NCBI GenBank assembly: GCA_020184695.1
Contig: JAANOX010000150.1
Coordinates: forward strand, 119,096 to 183,095
Source of the DNA: Histomonas meleagridis 2922-C6/04-290x
Lineage: Eukaryota; Protista; Parabasalia
Reading direction: 5' to 3'
Length of the DNA: 64,000 bases
Under the pieces are notes generated by a model. That model saw nothing but the letters and a program-made list of their open reading frames with translations, was not told the origin of the DNA and made no database searches. Position 1 is the first letter of the stretch; each line of letters begins with the position of its first letter. Both the position numbers and the translations under genes were made by a program. Positions 31,488-43,397 of the stretch are shown in pieces.

Positions 31488-33455
31488 ATGGAAGAGTTAC
31501 AAAACGAACCATTGCTTTCTAATAAGGAAAGTGAACAACCAACTGAAAAGAGTCCTCTCCTTAAGAAGATTATACTTGGTATTTGTCTTGCTATTGGTCT
31601 TGTTTCAGGTGTTTTAATTGGATATGTTTCATTTGGACGCTCGTCTTCAAGTACTTCAACATGTCAGACCTCAACAAGTCATATTGGAAATTATTATCTA
31701 AATGCATCAAATAGTGATTGTTCCACATTCGAAGTTCCTTCATGCAGAAGCAGCTCTGGTGAAATGGATAGTAAATGGGCTACACATCTTTGGAATACAC
31801 CAAAACGTGGTACAGAAGGCTGGAAGAAAGGTTATCAAGATATGAGCACACTTGTTGGTTATGCACAACTTCAATATAAATCAGGACGTACATCATGCAC
31901 AGTTACAATTTATACAAAGACACATCATGATCTTTCACTCACATATTATTTCGATGGTGTTCCACAAACAAGTCCATCTAAGACTTATGATTCATCTTAT
32001 AAAGGTCTTCTTAAAGTTAAAGTTGTTGCTGCAACTGGCGAAACACTTGAACTTGATGAGATTGATTTCATTTGGAATGTTGAACCACTTAAACAAAGAA
32101 ATGGTGATTATCGTAATGGACAAAAAGGTGCAATTGTTGAAATGTTTGGTTGGCCAGATGATGATATTGCTGAAGAATGTAAAGTTATTGCAGAAGCGGG
32201 TTATCTTGGTGTTAAACTCTTCCCACATCAAGAACAAGTTATGTCTACACAACCAATGGAGAACGAACTTAATCCATGGTATTTCATGTATCAACCAGTT
32301 TCATACCGTTTACAAGGTCGTGCAGGAACACGTACACAACTTCGTAACATGATTAAGAAGTGTCGTTCATATGGATTACGTGTTTATGCAGATGCAGTTG
32401 TTAATCACATGTCAGGCTCCGGTAATGATGCACAAGATCATCGTAACCCAGGTGCAGGTTGTACATATTGGCCCGGCAAACAATCATCTGATGAAGAAAA
32501 TCAATCACCATACTATACACCAGGTTATACATATAAGTATAACTCATGGGGCGAACCATCTAATGTACTTGAATATCCAGCAGTACCATATGGACCAATG
32601 GACTTCCATTGCGACAAATCTCTTAATTCATGGACTGATCCAAACATAATGAACACTGGTTGGCTCACAGGTTTAACAGATCTTGATACAAGCAAAGAAT
32701 TTGTACGCACACGTATTGCCGATTACTTCGTTGATCTTTTGTCTATTGGATTCTCTGGCTTCAGAGTTGATGCTGCTAAACATATTCATCCAACTGACTT
32801 AGCAGCAATCTTTGCTAAGTTCAAGCAAAGATTAGGCGGCTCATATCCAGTCGACTTCTTCACGTGGCTCGAAGTTATCACTGGCGGCGAATCACAACTT
32901 TTAGTCGGTGATTCCGATTACTCATTTACAACATTCCTAACCAACCAACTTAAGTCACAAGGTTTAACTGACACTGAAATCAATCAAATTAAGATTTGGT
33001 GGAGTGGTTATCCTAATGAACCAGATAATGATGGCGGAAGGTTATCACGAATTAGGAAAGTTATCCAAAATGATGACCATGATCAACAAAACGATGGCTC
33101 ATCATCACGCGATATGCATGACAAAGGATGCGTACTTGTTAAAGGATGTGATCCAAACACACATAGAATTCATGAAATCAAATTGTTCACTGATCCTTAT
33201 GGCGGCGCTGATAATGATAACGATTACCCAATTCGAATGTTATTATCATCATATTACTTCAAGGATGGCGTGAAGGCTATTCCCGATGGTAAATCCGATT
33301 GCAGTAAGTGCGTAACGACATGCGAATCATGTAGATCAAGAGCTTATGCAAAGGCATATGTCGCTGATGCACAAGCTTACGCAGGAAGTGACTACACAAG
33401 AGTACACAGAGATTCTCAGATCATTGCGGCAATGAGGAGTTGGATGCACATTTAA
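31488..33455 (+). CDS. GH13 alpha-amylase with an N-terminal transmembrane anchor
   Basis: YQPVSY, VYADAVVNHM, GLTDL, GFRVDAAKH (nucleophile), WLEVI (acid/base) and NDDHD. ATG 31488 follows the Inr-like TCATTTTCACA; TM IILGICLAIGLVSGVLIGYVSFG. Confidence 0.9.
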   Translation: MEELQNEPLLSNKESEQPTEKSPLLKKIILGICLAIGLVSGVLIGYVSFGRSSSSTSTCQTSTSHIGNYYLNASNSDCSTFEVPSCRSSSGEMDSKWATHLWNTPKRGTEGWKKGYQDMSTLVGYAQLQYKSGRTSCTVTIYTKTHHDLSLTYYFDGVPQTSPSKTYDSSYKGLLKVKVVAATGETLELDEIDFIWNVEPLKQRNGDYRNGQKGAIVEMFGWPDDDIAEECKVIAEAGYLGVKLFPHQEQVMSTQPMENELNPWYFMYQPVSYRLQGRAGTRTQLRNMIKKCRSYGLRVYADAVVNHMSGSGNDAQDHRNPGAGCTYWPGKQSSDEENQSPYYTPGYTYKYNSWGEPSNVLEYPAVPYGPMDFHCDKSLNSWTDPNIMNTGWLTGLTDLDTSKEFVRTRIADYFVDLLSIGFSGFRVDAAKHIHPTDLAAIFAKFKQRLGGSYPVDFFTWLEVITGGESQLLVGDSDYSFTTFLTNQLKSQGLTDTEINQIKIWWSGYPNEPDNDGGRLSRIRKVIQNDDHDQQNDGSSSRDMHDKGCVLVKGCDPNTHRIHEIKLFTDPYGGADNDNDYPIRMLLSSYYFKDGVKAIPDGKSDCSKCVTTCESCRSRAYAKAYVADAQAYAGSDYTRVHRDSQIIAAMRSWMHI

Positions 33456-34194
33456 AATGCCATCCAAGATTATGCACTTCTTCAAATTTGGACTTTATTT
33501 AATATAACTTAAATAAACTCTAAATCATTTGAATTTTTTTTTAATTATATTCTTTAATAACTATAAAAAAAAGAACAAAGTTTCGAATTTATTTTAATAA
33601 AATCTCTGAATATCCCAATAAAGAACATAGAAAAAGACAATAAAAATATTTACGCGTTGTGATTTATAATTTAAACACAAAGACAAAATATTATACAAAA
33701 CATAATGTAAAATGACCAGAAAAATCTGTCAACACCTCAAAAAAATCGAAATAGTGTACCTAAAATCAATAAAATATTCAGTTAACATTATTATCAATAA
33801 ATTTATTATATTTTATTTAAAATTTTTACATAATGATATCGGTAATTCCCATTCTCCACCATTCAAAAAGCGGATTTCATCGATTTTATACCAATAAAAT
33901 TCAAATATTATATTGGCGGTAAAAAAATCATAATCTTGTGATCACTTCGTTTTATTCAATTGCCATCTAATGTGATTAAGGGATAATTATTCATTATGTG
34001 ATTACATCAAAAAAGATTTTCAGGTATGTACAACTAATTGTTTATCTTTAAACAATAACAAGAAAAACTTGTAACACATTCTTAACGATTTCCACCAATA
34101 TTAACACTAACATTAGTAATCTCACTTAATTAAATATTTACCATGACGTTGTCTTTCGAAGATTTATGTTGAACGTTTTTGCATTTACAAAAAA

Positions 34195-35039
34195 TGTTAT
34201 AGCTGTATGATGTATTACACAAAATAATTAAGAAATGTTATAGCTGTATGATGTATTACACAAAATAATTAAAAAATGTTATAGCTGTATGATGTATTAC
34301 ACAAAATAATTAAAAATGTTATAGCTGTATGATGTATTACACAAAATAATTAAAAAATGTTATAGCTGTATGATGTATTACACAAAATAATTAAAAAATG
34401 TTATAGCTGTATGATGTATTACACAAAATAATTAAAAATGTTATAGCTGTATGATGTATTACACAAAATAATTAAAAATGTTATAGCTGTATGATGTATT
34501 ACACAAAATAATTAAAAATGTTATAGCTGTATGATGTATTACACAAAATAATTAAAAATGTTATAGCTGTATGATGTATTACACAAAATAATTAAAAATG
34601 TTATAGCTGTATGATGTATTACACAAAATAATTAAAAATGTTATAGCTGTATGATGTATTACACAAAATAATTAAAAATGTTATAGCTGTATGATGTATT
34701 ACACAAAATAATTAAAAATGTTATAGCTGTATGATGTATTACACAAAATAATTAAAAAATGTTATAGCTGTATGATGTATTACACAAAATAATTAAAAAT
34801 GTTATAGCTGTATGATGTATTACACAAAATAATTAAAAATGTTATAGCTGTATGATGTATTACACAAAATAATTAAAAATGTTATAGCTGTATGATGTAT
34901 TACACCAAAATAATTAAAAATGTTATAGCTGTATGATGTATTACACAAAATAATTAAAAATGTTATAGCTGTATGATGTATTACACAAAATAATTAAAAA
35001 ATGTTATAGCTGTATGATGTATTACACAAAATAATTAAA
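34195..35039. repeat. Tandem satellite, 21 copies of 40/41-bp ATGTTATAGCTGTATGATGTATTACACAAAATAATTAAAA(A)
   Basis: Counted directly. Copies are essentially identical except for A-run length and one or two single-base variants; no spacers. Confidence 0.97.
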
Positions 35040-35200
35040 TTGTTCTCTTTTTTTAAAATAAGTAAATCATTTGGTAAAATATTTTTATCGCATTTTTTAT
35101 ATAATCAAAATTATATCACTTAGTGAAACACTTAGTGAATTAATATTTTCCAAATTGCTCAAAAATATCAAAAACATAAAATGAGAACTAATTCGACTGT

Positions 35201-38200
35201 TTAGTTCGCGTTGGTAGTGTTGGCACTATCCACCTTAAGCGACGTGGGTCCTCTTGTGTTCCTCTTTCTTGCAGTTCTTCTTATTGGTATACCGTCCTTT
35301 GGTCTTTCTTCTTCTTTCTTTTCGACGATTGGTTCCTGCTCTACTTCCTTCTTTATTCTTTCTGGTTGTTTCCTTGGGACGAACTTCATTAATTCCTCAT
35401 CCTCTTCAGTCATTGACATCTTCTTCTTAAATTGCTCTTCCACCATTACGTTGAGGTTTGTATGGAAATTATTCAACTGCAATTTCTTCATTTCGACGGG
35501 CGCGTCATTCTTAGCCTTTTCTTCATCTTTCTTCTGTTGTTCCAATAAAATGCTCATTCTTTGTGATAACTTCATTGGCTTTCCATCATTTTGCCCACCT
35601 GCTGCAGCATTTGCTTTTTGCGCTTCAATTAATCTCTTTTGCTTAGCTTCGGCGGCAGCCATCATCTTCTTCTGGAACTCTGTAAGTGGTTTCTCTGCAG
35701 GTGGCTGTGGCTTAGGCTTAGGTTTAGGTACTGGACGCGGTATAGTTGGCTCTGGTTTACGTTCGACTGCTGTTGGTACTATAGGTGCAACATGTTTTTG
35801 TTGTTGTGGTGGGCGTTGAAGTGTTGCTGATGAAAGAGAACGTGCTGGCGATCTTCTTCCTGCTAATAACTCCTCAAGTTCACGTTGTGTATCCGCATTC
35901 TTAAATGTACGATTTTGGAGATCTATAATCGTTTGACGATTTTCCTTGAATTTAATGTTCTTAAGTACGGGATCATCAATAACTGACGTTTTGGCTTCTT
36001 TCTCACTTGTGGCATCTTGGATTTGTTTAAGTCGCTCTTGAAATGCATACGCGTGACTGTTGGGGCGTGAGGCACGCGGAATGGTACTGACACTGGACGC
36101 ACGTGTTGGTGTTGCTGGTTTAACTCGGACTTTCTTCTCAGGACGAGGCATCTCTGATAATGGAAGTTTTGGTTTGAGATGTGGAGCTTCGGTAGATGAT
36201 AATGATTCTCGTAATAAACGAAGGCGCTCACTGTGTGTGAAAATGGGTGTGACAAAGGTTGGAGCAACAAAGGTCTTGACGCTCTCAGTGGTGGAGGATG
36301 AGGTGTCGGAGATCTCTGTCTTAATGACTTTACGCATTTGGTTTAGACGCTCTTTGTAGTCATATGCAAGCACTGGTTCTTCCTCAGCATTAGAGACAGG
36401 AGCTTCAGTTTGCCCTTCGGCTTTTGGTTCTCCTACTTTTTGTTCTTCAACTTTTTGTTCTTCTACTTTTTGTTCTTCAACTTTTTGTTCTTCTACTTCC
36501 TTTTGTTCTTCTACTTTTTGTTCTTCAACTTTTTGTTCTTCTACTTCCTTTTGTTCTTCTACTTTTTGTTCTTCAACTTTTTGTTCTTCAACTTTTTGTT
36601 CTTCTACTTTTTGTTCTTCTACTTTTTGTTCTTCAACTTTTTGTTCTTCTACTTCCTTTTGTTCTTCAACTTTTTGTTCTTCTACTTTTTGTTCTTCAAC
36701 TTTTTGTTCTTCTACTTTTTGTTCTTCAACTTCCTTTTGTTCTTCTACTTTTTGTTCTTCAACTTTTTGTTCTTCAACTTTTTGTTCTTCTACTTCCTTT
36801 TGTTCTTCTACTTTTTGTTCTTCTACTTCCTTTTGTTCTTCTACTTTTTGTTCTTCAACTTCCTTTTGTTCTTCTACTTTTTGTTCTTCAACTTTTTGTT
36901 CTTCTACTTTTTGTTCTTCAACTTTTTGTTCTTCTACTTCCTTTTGTTCTTCAACTTCCTTTTGTTCTTCTACTTTTTGTTCTTCAACTTTTTGTTCTTC
37001 AACTTTTTGTTCTTCAACTTCCTTTTGTTCTTCTACTTTTTGTTCTTCTACTTCCTTTTGTTCTTCTACTTTTTGTTCTTCTACTTCCTTTTGTTCTTCT
37101 ACTTTTTGTTCTTCAACTTCCTTTTGTTCTTCTACTTTTTTGTTCTTCTACTTTTTGTTCTTCTACTTTTTGTTCTTCTACTTTTTGTTCTTCTACTTCC
37201 TTTTGTTCTTCTACTTTTTGTTCTTCTACTTTTTGTTCTTCTACTTCCTTTTGTTCTTCTACTTTTTGTTCTTCTACTTCCTTTTGTTCTTCTTTTTGTT
37301 CTTCAACTTCCTTTTGTTCTTCTACTTTTTGTTCTTCTACTTCCTTTTGTTCTTCTACTTTTTGTTCTTCTACTTCCTTTTGTTCTTCTACTTTTTGTTC
37401 TTCTACTTCCTTTTGTTCTTCTACTTTTTGTTCTTCTACTTCCTTTTGTTCTTCTACTTTTTGTTCTTCAACTTTTTGTTCTTCAACTTTTTGTTCTTCT
37501 ACTTCCTTTTGTTCTTCTACTTTTTGTTCTTCTACTTCCTTTTGTTCTTCTACTTTTTGTTCTTCTACTTTTTGTTCTTCTACTTTTTGTTCTTCTACTT
37601 TTTGTTCTTCTACTTCCTTTTGTTCTTCTACTTTTTGTTCTTCTACTTTTTGTTCTTCAACTTCCTTTTGTTCTTCTACTTTTTGTTCTTCAACTTTTTG
37701 TTCTTCAACTTTTTGTTCTTCTACTTTTTGTTCTTCTACTTTTTGTTCTTCTACTTCCTTTTGTTCTTCTACTTTTTGTTCTTCTACTTCCTTTTGTTCT
37801 TCTACTTTTTGTTCTTCTACTTCCTTTTGTTCTTCTACTTTTTGTTCTTCTACTTCCTTTTGTTCTTCTACTTTTTGTTCTTCAACTTCCTTTTGTTCTT
37901 CTACTTTTTGTTCTTCAACTTTTTGTTCTTCAACTTTTTGTTCTTCTACTTCCTTTTGTTCTTCTACTTTTTGTTCTTCTACTTCCTTTTGTTCTTCTAC
38001 TTTTTGTTCTTCTACTTTTTGTTCTTCTACTTTTTGTTCTTCTACTTTTTGTTCTTCAACTTCCTTTTGTTCTTCTACTTTTTGTTCTTCAACTTTTTGT
38101 TCTTCAACTTCCTTTTGTTCTTCTACTTTTTGTTCTTCAACTTTTTGTTCTTCTACTTCCTTTTGTTCTTCTACTTTTTGTTCTTCAACTTTTTGTTCTT

Positions 38201-41200
38201 CTACTTCCTTTTGTTCTTCTACTTTTTGTTCTTCAACTTTTTGTTCTTCAACTTCCTTTTGTTCTTCTACTTTTTGTTCTTCTACTTCCTTTTGTTCTTC
38301 TACTTTTTGTTCTTCTACTTTTTGTTCTTCAACTTCCTTTTGTTCTTCTACTTTTTGTTCTTCTACTTTTTGTTCTTCTACTTCCTTTTGTTCTTCTACT
38401 TTTTTGTTCTTCTACTTCCTTTTGTTCTTCTACTTCCTTTTGTTCTTCTACTTTTTGTTCTTCTACTTCTTCTACTCTTTCTTCTTCCGCTTCTTTTTGT
38501 TCTTCTACTTTTGGTTCTTCTACTTCCTTTTGTTCTTCTACTTTTTGTTCTTCTACTTTTGTTCTTCAACTTTTTGTTCTTCTACTTTTTGTTCTTCTAC
38601 TTCCTTTTGTTCTTCTTCTTCCTTTTGTTCTTCTTCTTCCTTTTGTTCTTCTACTTCCTTTTGTTCTTCTACTTTTTGTTCTTCAACTTTTTGTTCTTCA
38701 ACTTTTTGTTCTTCAACTTCCTTTTGTTCTTCTACTTTTAGTCTTTTCTACTTGTTCCTTTTGTTCTTCTACTTCCTTTTTGTCTCTTCTACTTCCTTTT
38801 GTTCTTCTACTTTTTGTTCTTCAACTTTCTTTGTTCTTCACTTTTTGTTCTTCAACTTTTTGTTCTCTTTCAACTTTTTGTTCTTCAACTTCCTTTTTGT
38901 TCTTCTACTTTTTGTTCTTCTACTTTCTTTTGTTCTTCTACTTTTTGTTCTTCTACTTTTTGTCTCTTCACTTTTTTTGTTCTTCTACTCTTTTGTTCTT
39001 CTACCTTTTGTCTTCACTTTTGTTCTTCTACTTTTTTGTTCTTCCACTTTTTGTTCTTCAACTTTTGTTCTTCTACTTCTTTTGTGCTTCTACTTTTTGT
39101 TCTTCTACTTTTTTTTCTTCTTCTTCTTTTTGTTCTTCTTCTTTTTGTTCTTCTTCTTTTTGTTCTTCTTCTTTTTGTTCTTCTTCTTTTTGTTCTTCTT
39201 CTTCCTTTTGTTCTTCTTCTTCCTTTTGTTCTTCTACTTCCTTTTGTTCTTCAACTTCCTTTTGTTCTTCTACTTTTTGTTCTTCAACTTTTTGTTCCAA
39301 CTTCCTGTCTTCTACTGTTCTTTCTCACTTCCTTTTGTTCTTCTACTTTTTGTTCTTCTACTTTTTGTTCTTCAACTTTTTGTTCTTCTTCTTTTTGTTC
39401 TTCTACTTTTTGTTCTTCTACTTTTTGTTCTTCTTCTTTTTGTTCTTCTACTTTTTGTTCTTCTACTTCCTTTTGTTCTTCTACTTTTTGTTCTTCAACT
39501 TTTTGTTCTTCTACTTCCTTTTGTTCTTCTACTTTTTGTTCTTCAACTTTTTGTTCTTCTACTTTTTGTTCTTCTACTTCCTTTTGTTCTTCTACTTTTT
39601 GTTCTTCTACTTTTTGTTCTTCAACTTTTTGTTCTTCTACTTTTTGTTCTTCTACTTTTTGTTCTTCTACTTTTTGTTCTTCAACTTTTTGTTCTTCTAC
39701 TTTTTGTTCTTCTACTTTTTGTTCTTCTACTTCCTTTTGTTCTTCTACTTTTTGTTCTTCTACTTTTTGTTCTTCAACTTTTTGTTCTTCTACTTTTTGT
39801 TCTTCTACTTTTTGTTCTTCTACTTCCTTTTGTTCTTCTACTTTTTGTTCTTCAACTTTTTGTTCTTCTACTTCCTTTTGTTCTTCTACTTTTTGTTCTT
39901 CAACTTTTTGTTCTTCTACTTCCTTTTGTTCTTCTACTTTTTGTTCTTCTACTTTTTTTTCTTCTTCTTTTTTTGTTCTTTCTACTTTTTGTTCTTCACT
40001 TTTTTGTTCTTCTACTCTTTTGTTCTTCTACTTCCTTTTGTTCTACTCCTTTGTTCTTCTACTTTTTGTTCTTCTTTTTGTTCTTCAACTCTTTGTTCTT
40101 CAACTTTTGTTCTTCTCAACTTTCTTGTTCTTCTACTTTTGTCTTCTACTTTTTGTTCTTCACTTTCCTTTGTTCTTCTACTTTTACTCTTCTTTCGTTC
40201 TTCACTTTTGTTCTTCAACTTTTTGTTCTTCTACTTTTTGTTCTTCAACTTTTTGTTCTTCTACTTCCTTTTGTTCTTCAACTTCCTTTTGTTCTTCAAC
40301 TTTTTGTTCTTCTACTTCTTCTACTTTTTGTTCTTCAACTTCCTTTTGTTCTTCTACTTTAGGTTCTTCTACTTCCTTTTGTTCTTCAACTTTAGGTTCT
40401 TCGACTTTAGGTTCTTCAACTTTTTGTTCTTCTTCTCTCTTAAGTCTCTCTTCTTCCTCTTTCTTAAGTCTTTCCTCTTCTTCCTTCTTAAGTCTTTCCT
40501 CCTCTTCTTTCTTAAGACGCTCTTCTTCTTCTCTCTTAAGTCTCTCTTCTTCTTCCTTCTTTAATCTTTCCTCTTCCTCTTTCTTAAGTCTTTCTTCTTC
40601 TTCCTTCTTAAGTCTTTCCTCTTCTTCCTTCTTAAGTCTTTCCTCTTCTTCCTTCTTCTTCCTCTTTCTTAAGTCTTTCTTCCTTCTTAAGTCTTTCTTC
40701 TTCCTCTTTCTTAAGTCTTTATTATTCCTCTTTCTTAAGTCTTTCTTCTTCTTCTTTCTTAAGTCTTTCTTCTTCTTCTTTCTTAAGTCTTTCTTCTTCC
40801 TCTTTCTTAAGTCTTTCTTCTTCCTCTTTCTTAAGTCTTTCCTCTTCTTCCTTCTTAAGTCTTTCCTCTTCTTCCTTCTTAAGTCTTTCCTCTTCTTCCT
40901 TCTTAAGTCTTTCTTCTTCCTCTTTCTTAAGTCTTTCTTCTTCCTCTTTCTTAAGTCTTTCTTCTTCCTCTTTCTTAAGTCTTTCTTCTTCTTCTTTCTT
41001 AAGTCTTTCCTCTTCTTCCTTCTTTAATCTTTCCTCTTCTTCTTTCTTAAGTCTTTCTTCTTCCTTCTTAAGTCTTTCTTCTTCCTCTTTCTTTAATCTT
41101 TCCTCTTCTTCTTTCTTTAATCTTTCTTTTTCCTCTTTCTTAAGTCTTTCTTCTTCTTCTTTCTTAAGTCTCTCTTCTTCTTCCTTCTTTAATCTTTCCT

Positions 41201-41798
41201 CTTCTTCTTTCTTAAGTCTTTCTTCTTCCTCTTTCTTAAGTCTTTCCTCTTCTTCCTTCTTAAGTCTTTCTTCTTCTTCTTTCTTAAGTCTTTCTTCTTC
41301 TTCTCTCTTAAGTCTTTCCTCTTCTTCTTTCTTAATTTCTTCTTCTTCTTTCTTAAGTCTTTCCTCTTCTTCTCTCTTTAATCTTTCCTCTTCTTCTCTC
41401 TTAAGACGCTCTTCTTCCTCTTTCTTAAGTCTCTCTTCTTCTTCTCTCTTTAATCTTTCCTCTTCTTCTCTCTTAAGACGCTCTTCTTCCTCTTTCTTAA
41501 GTCTCTCTTCTTCTTCCTTCTTTAATCTTTCTTCTTCTTCCTTCTTTACTCTTTCTTCTTCTTCCTTCTTTAGTCGTTCCTCTTCCTCTCTCTTAAGCCG
41601 TTCTTCTTCCTCTCTTTTATGTCTTTCCTCTTCTTCTTTCTTGAGTCTCTCCTCTTCTGCCTTTATTCTTGCTTGTTCTTCTCTTTTTAATTTTTCTTCC
41701 ATTTCTTTTTTCTTTCTTTCTTCCTCTTGCTTTCTTAGCCTTTCTGCTTCTAGTCTTCTCTGTTGTTCCTGATTTGCATTACTTCCGCCTGAACCCAT
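35201..41798 (-). CDS. Very large low-complexity charged protein (MGSGGSN... / (EEERLKK)n / (EQKVE, EQKEVE)n / unique Pro-rich C-terminus), interrupted by stops and frameshifts in this sequence
   Basis: ATG 41798. ER/K repeats about 40420-41760, EQKVE repeats about 36420-40400, unique C-terminal ORF 35201..36373 continuous with the repeats. The long F/L/S-rich plus-strand ORFs are antisense shadows. Confidence 0.7.
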
Positions 41799-42258
41799 TT
41801 TGACAATTCGAATGTTAAACAAGGGCACCCCATATTTATCGTTTTCTCTTTGTTTCCTTCTTCAAGAAGTAAATGTGCATGTAAAACATATATCTCGTCC
41901 TTGCTTAGCATTGGGAAGATGTTTCAATTGATTTTCAATTAACACCGATCGATTTATTCCTCAATTAAATGAAATTAAAGATAGCACATCATAGTTTAAA
42001 AACAATTGTTATTTAGTGGCTTAACAAAGAGTGTTCCGTGAGTGCATGTTAACATCTCTTTTTTAACAAAATAAATTTTAATTTACACATCAAATTTGAT
42101 TCCATTTGGAGGACGTTAAGCATTCAAATTGCCACCAAACTAATCGGCGGTTAACGGTTTTATCCATCAAAAAGCTCTACTCAGCCACATTGAATTTCAT
42201 ATAACGATAAAAACCCATTCATTTAAAGCAATGTAAAACAGTCAAAAGGCATTTCACA

Positions 42259-43308
42259 ATGGCAGAAGATCTTCCTTTGGCTGCACTCGTACTTGTTGGT
42301 GGTTTTGGCACAAGATTCCGTCCACTAACCTTTTCCCGCTCCAAACCACTTGTTGAGTTTTGCAATAAACCAATGGTTGAATACATGTTAGATGCACTCA
42401 CAGAAGTAGGATGCAAAAAAATAGTTTTTGCTTTATCTGAACTTCAAAGCGACTTTAAAGAATATATCGGCAAATACCAAAAGAATCATCCAACAGTAGA
42501 AATCATCCCTTCTATTGAGAACTCACCAATGGGAACAGCAGGACCAATTGCTCTTGCAAAAGAACATCTTAAAGGTCACAGGTTTTTCATGTTGAACTCC
42601 GATGTTATTTCGAAATACCCATTCAAGGATCTTCTTGAATTCCACGTAAAACATGGCGGCGAAGGTACCATCATGTCATGGGATGTTGAAGATCCATCAA
42701 GATTTGGTGTAATTCTTTCCGACGAAAATCATCGTATTCAAAGATTTGTTGAGAAACCTCAAACATTTGTTGGTAGATCCATTAATGCAGGCCACTATAT
42801 CTTTGAACCTTCTGTTATTGACAGGGTTAAACCCGTTCCGACTTCCATTGAACGTGAAATTTTCCCACAAATGGCATCCGAAGGCAAACTTTTCGTCATG
42901 AAACTTGAAGGCTATTGGATGGACATTGGTACACCAAGCGCTTACCTCAGCTGCATTCCAATATTCCTCAAAGACAAGGACAAAGTAATGATCGATGAAA
43001 CAGCAACCATCGGAAAAGATTGCCAAATCGGACCTAACGTTGTTATTGGTCCTGGCGTAGTCATTGGAGATGGATGCTGCATCGAGAATTCAGTTATTCT
43101 TGCAAATTCAAAAATCGGCAAATTTACTTTTATCCAAGATACGATTGTTGGATGGGAATCTAAGGTTGGTTCTTGGGTTCATTTAGAAGGCCTATGCGTT
43201 TTTGGTCTTGATGTTACAATCAAAGATAAACTTGTTTTGAAGGGTGCTGTTGTTTGCCCTCACAAAGCAGTCGACAAGTCAATACTTCAACCAACAATCA
43301 TAATCTAA
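42259..43308 (+). CDS. GMPP: Mannose-1-phosphate guanylyltransferase (GDP-mannose pyrophosphorylase)
   Basis: LVLVGGFGTRFRPLTFSRSKPLVEFCNKPM, PMGTAGP, FVEKP, INAGHYIF, GYWMDIGTP and C-terminal hexapeptide repeats. Confidence 0.93.
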   Translation: MAEDLPLAALVLVGGFGTRFRPLTFSRSKPLVEFCNKPMVEYMLDALTEVGCKKIVFALSELQSDFKEYIGKYQKNHPTVEIIPSIENSPMGTAGPIALAKEHLKGHRFFMLNSDVISKYPFKDLLEFHVKHGGEGTIMSWDVEDPSRFGVILSDENHRIQRFVEKPQTFVGRSINAGHYIFEPSVIDRVKPVPTSIEREIFPQMASEGKLFVMKLEGYWMDIGTPSAYLSCIPIFLKDKDKVMIDETATIGKDCQIGPNVVIGPGVVIGDGCCIENSVILANSKIGKFTFIQDTIVGWESKVGSWVHLEGLCVFGLDVTIKDKLVLKGAVVCPHKAVDKSILQPTIII

Positions 43309-43397
43309 ACTTTAAAGTTTAAAATTTTCATTTTTTTGAGTTTCATTTCGATAAGAGCAAAAACCGTTTATTTTTAACGTTCTTTTCTTTATCGTGA

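Noticed and set aside
33900-34190. Possible decayed coding fragment next to the satellite
   Set aside because: Multiple stops and no recognisable family signature.
34195-35039. CRISPR-like appearance of the 40-bp array
   Set aside because: No unique spacers between repeats, no cas genes, and a eukaryotic context.
36410-41027. Very long plus-strand ORFs rich in F/L/V/C/S (1384, 1312, 742 and 533 aa)
   Set aside because: They are antisense shadows of the minus-strand GAA/AAA/CAA repeats, which produce no stops on the other strand.
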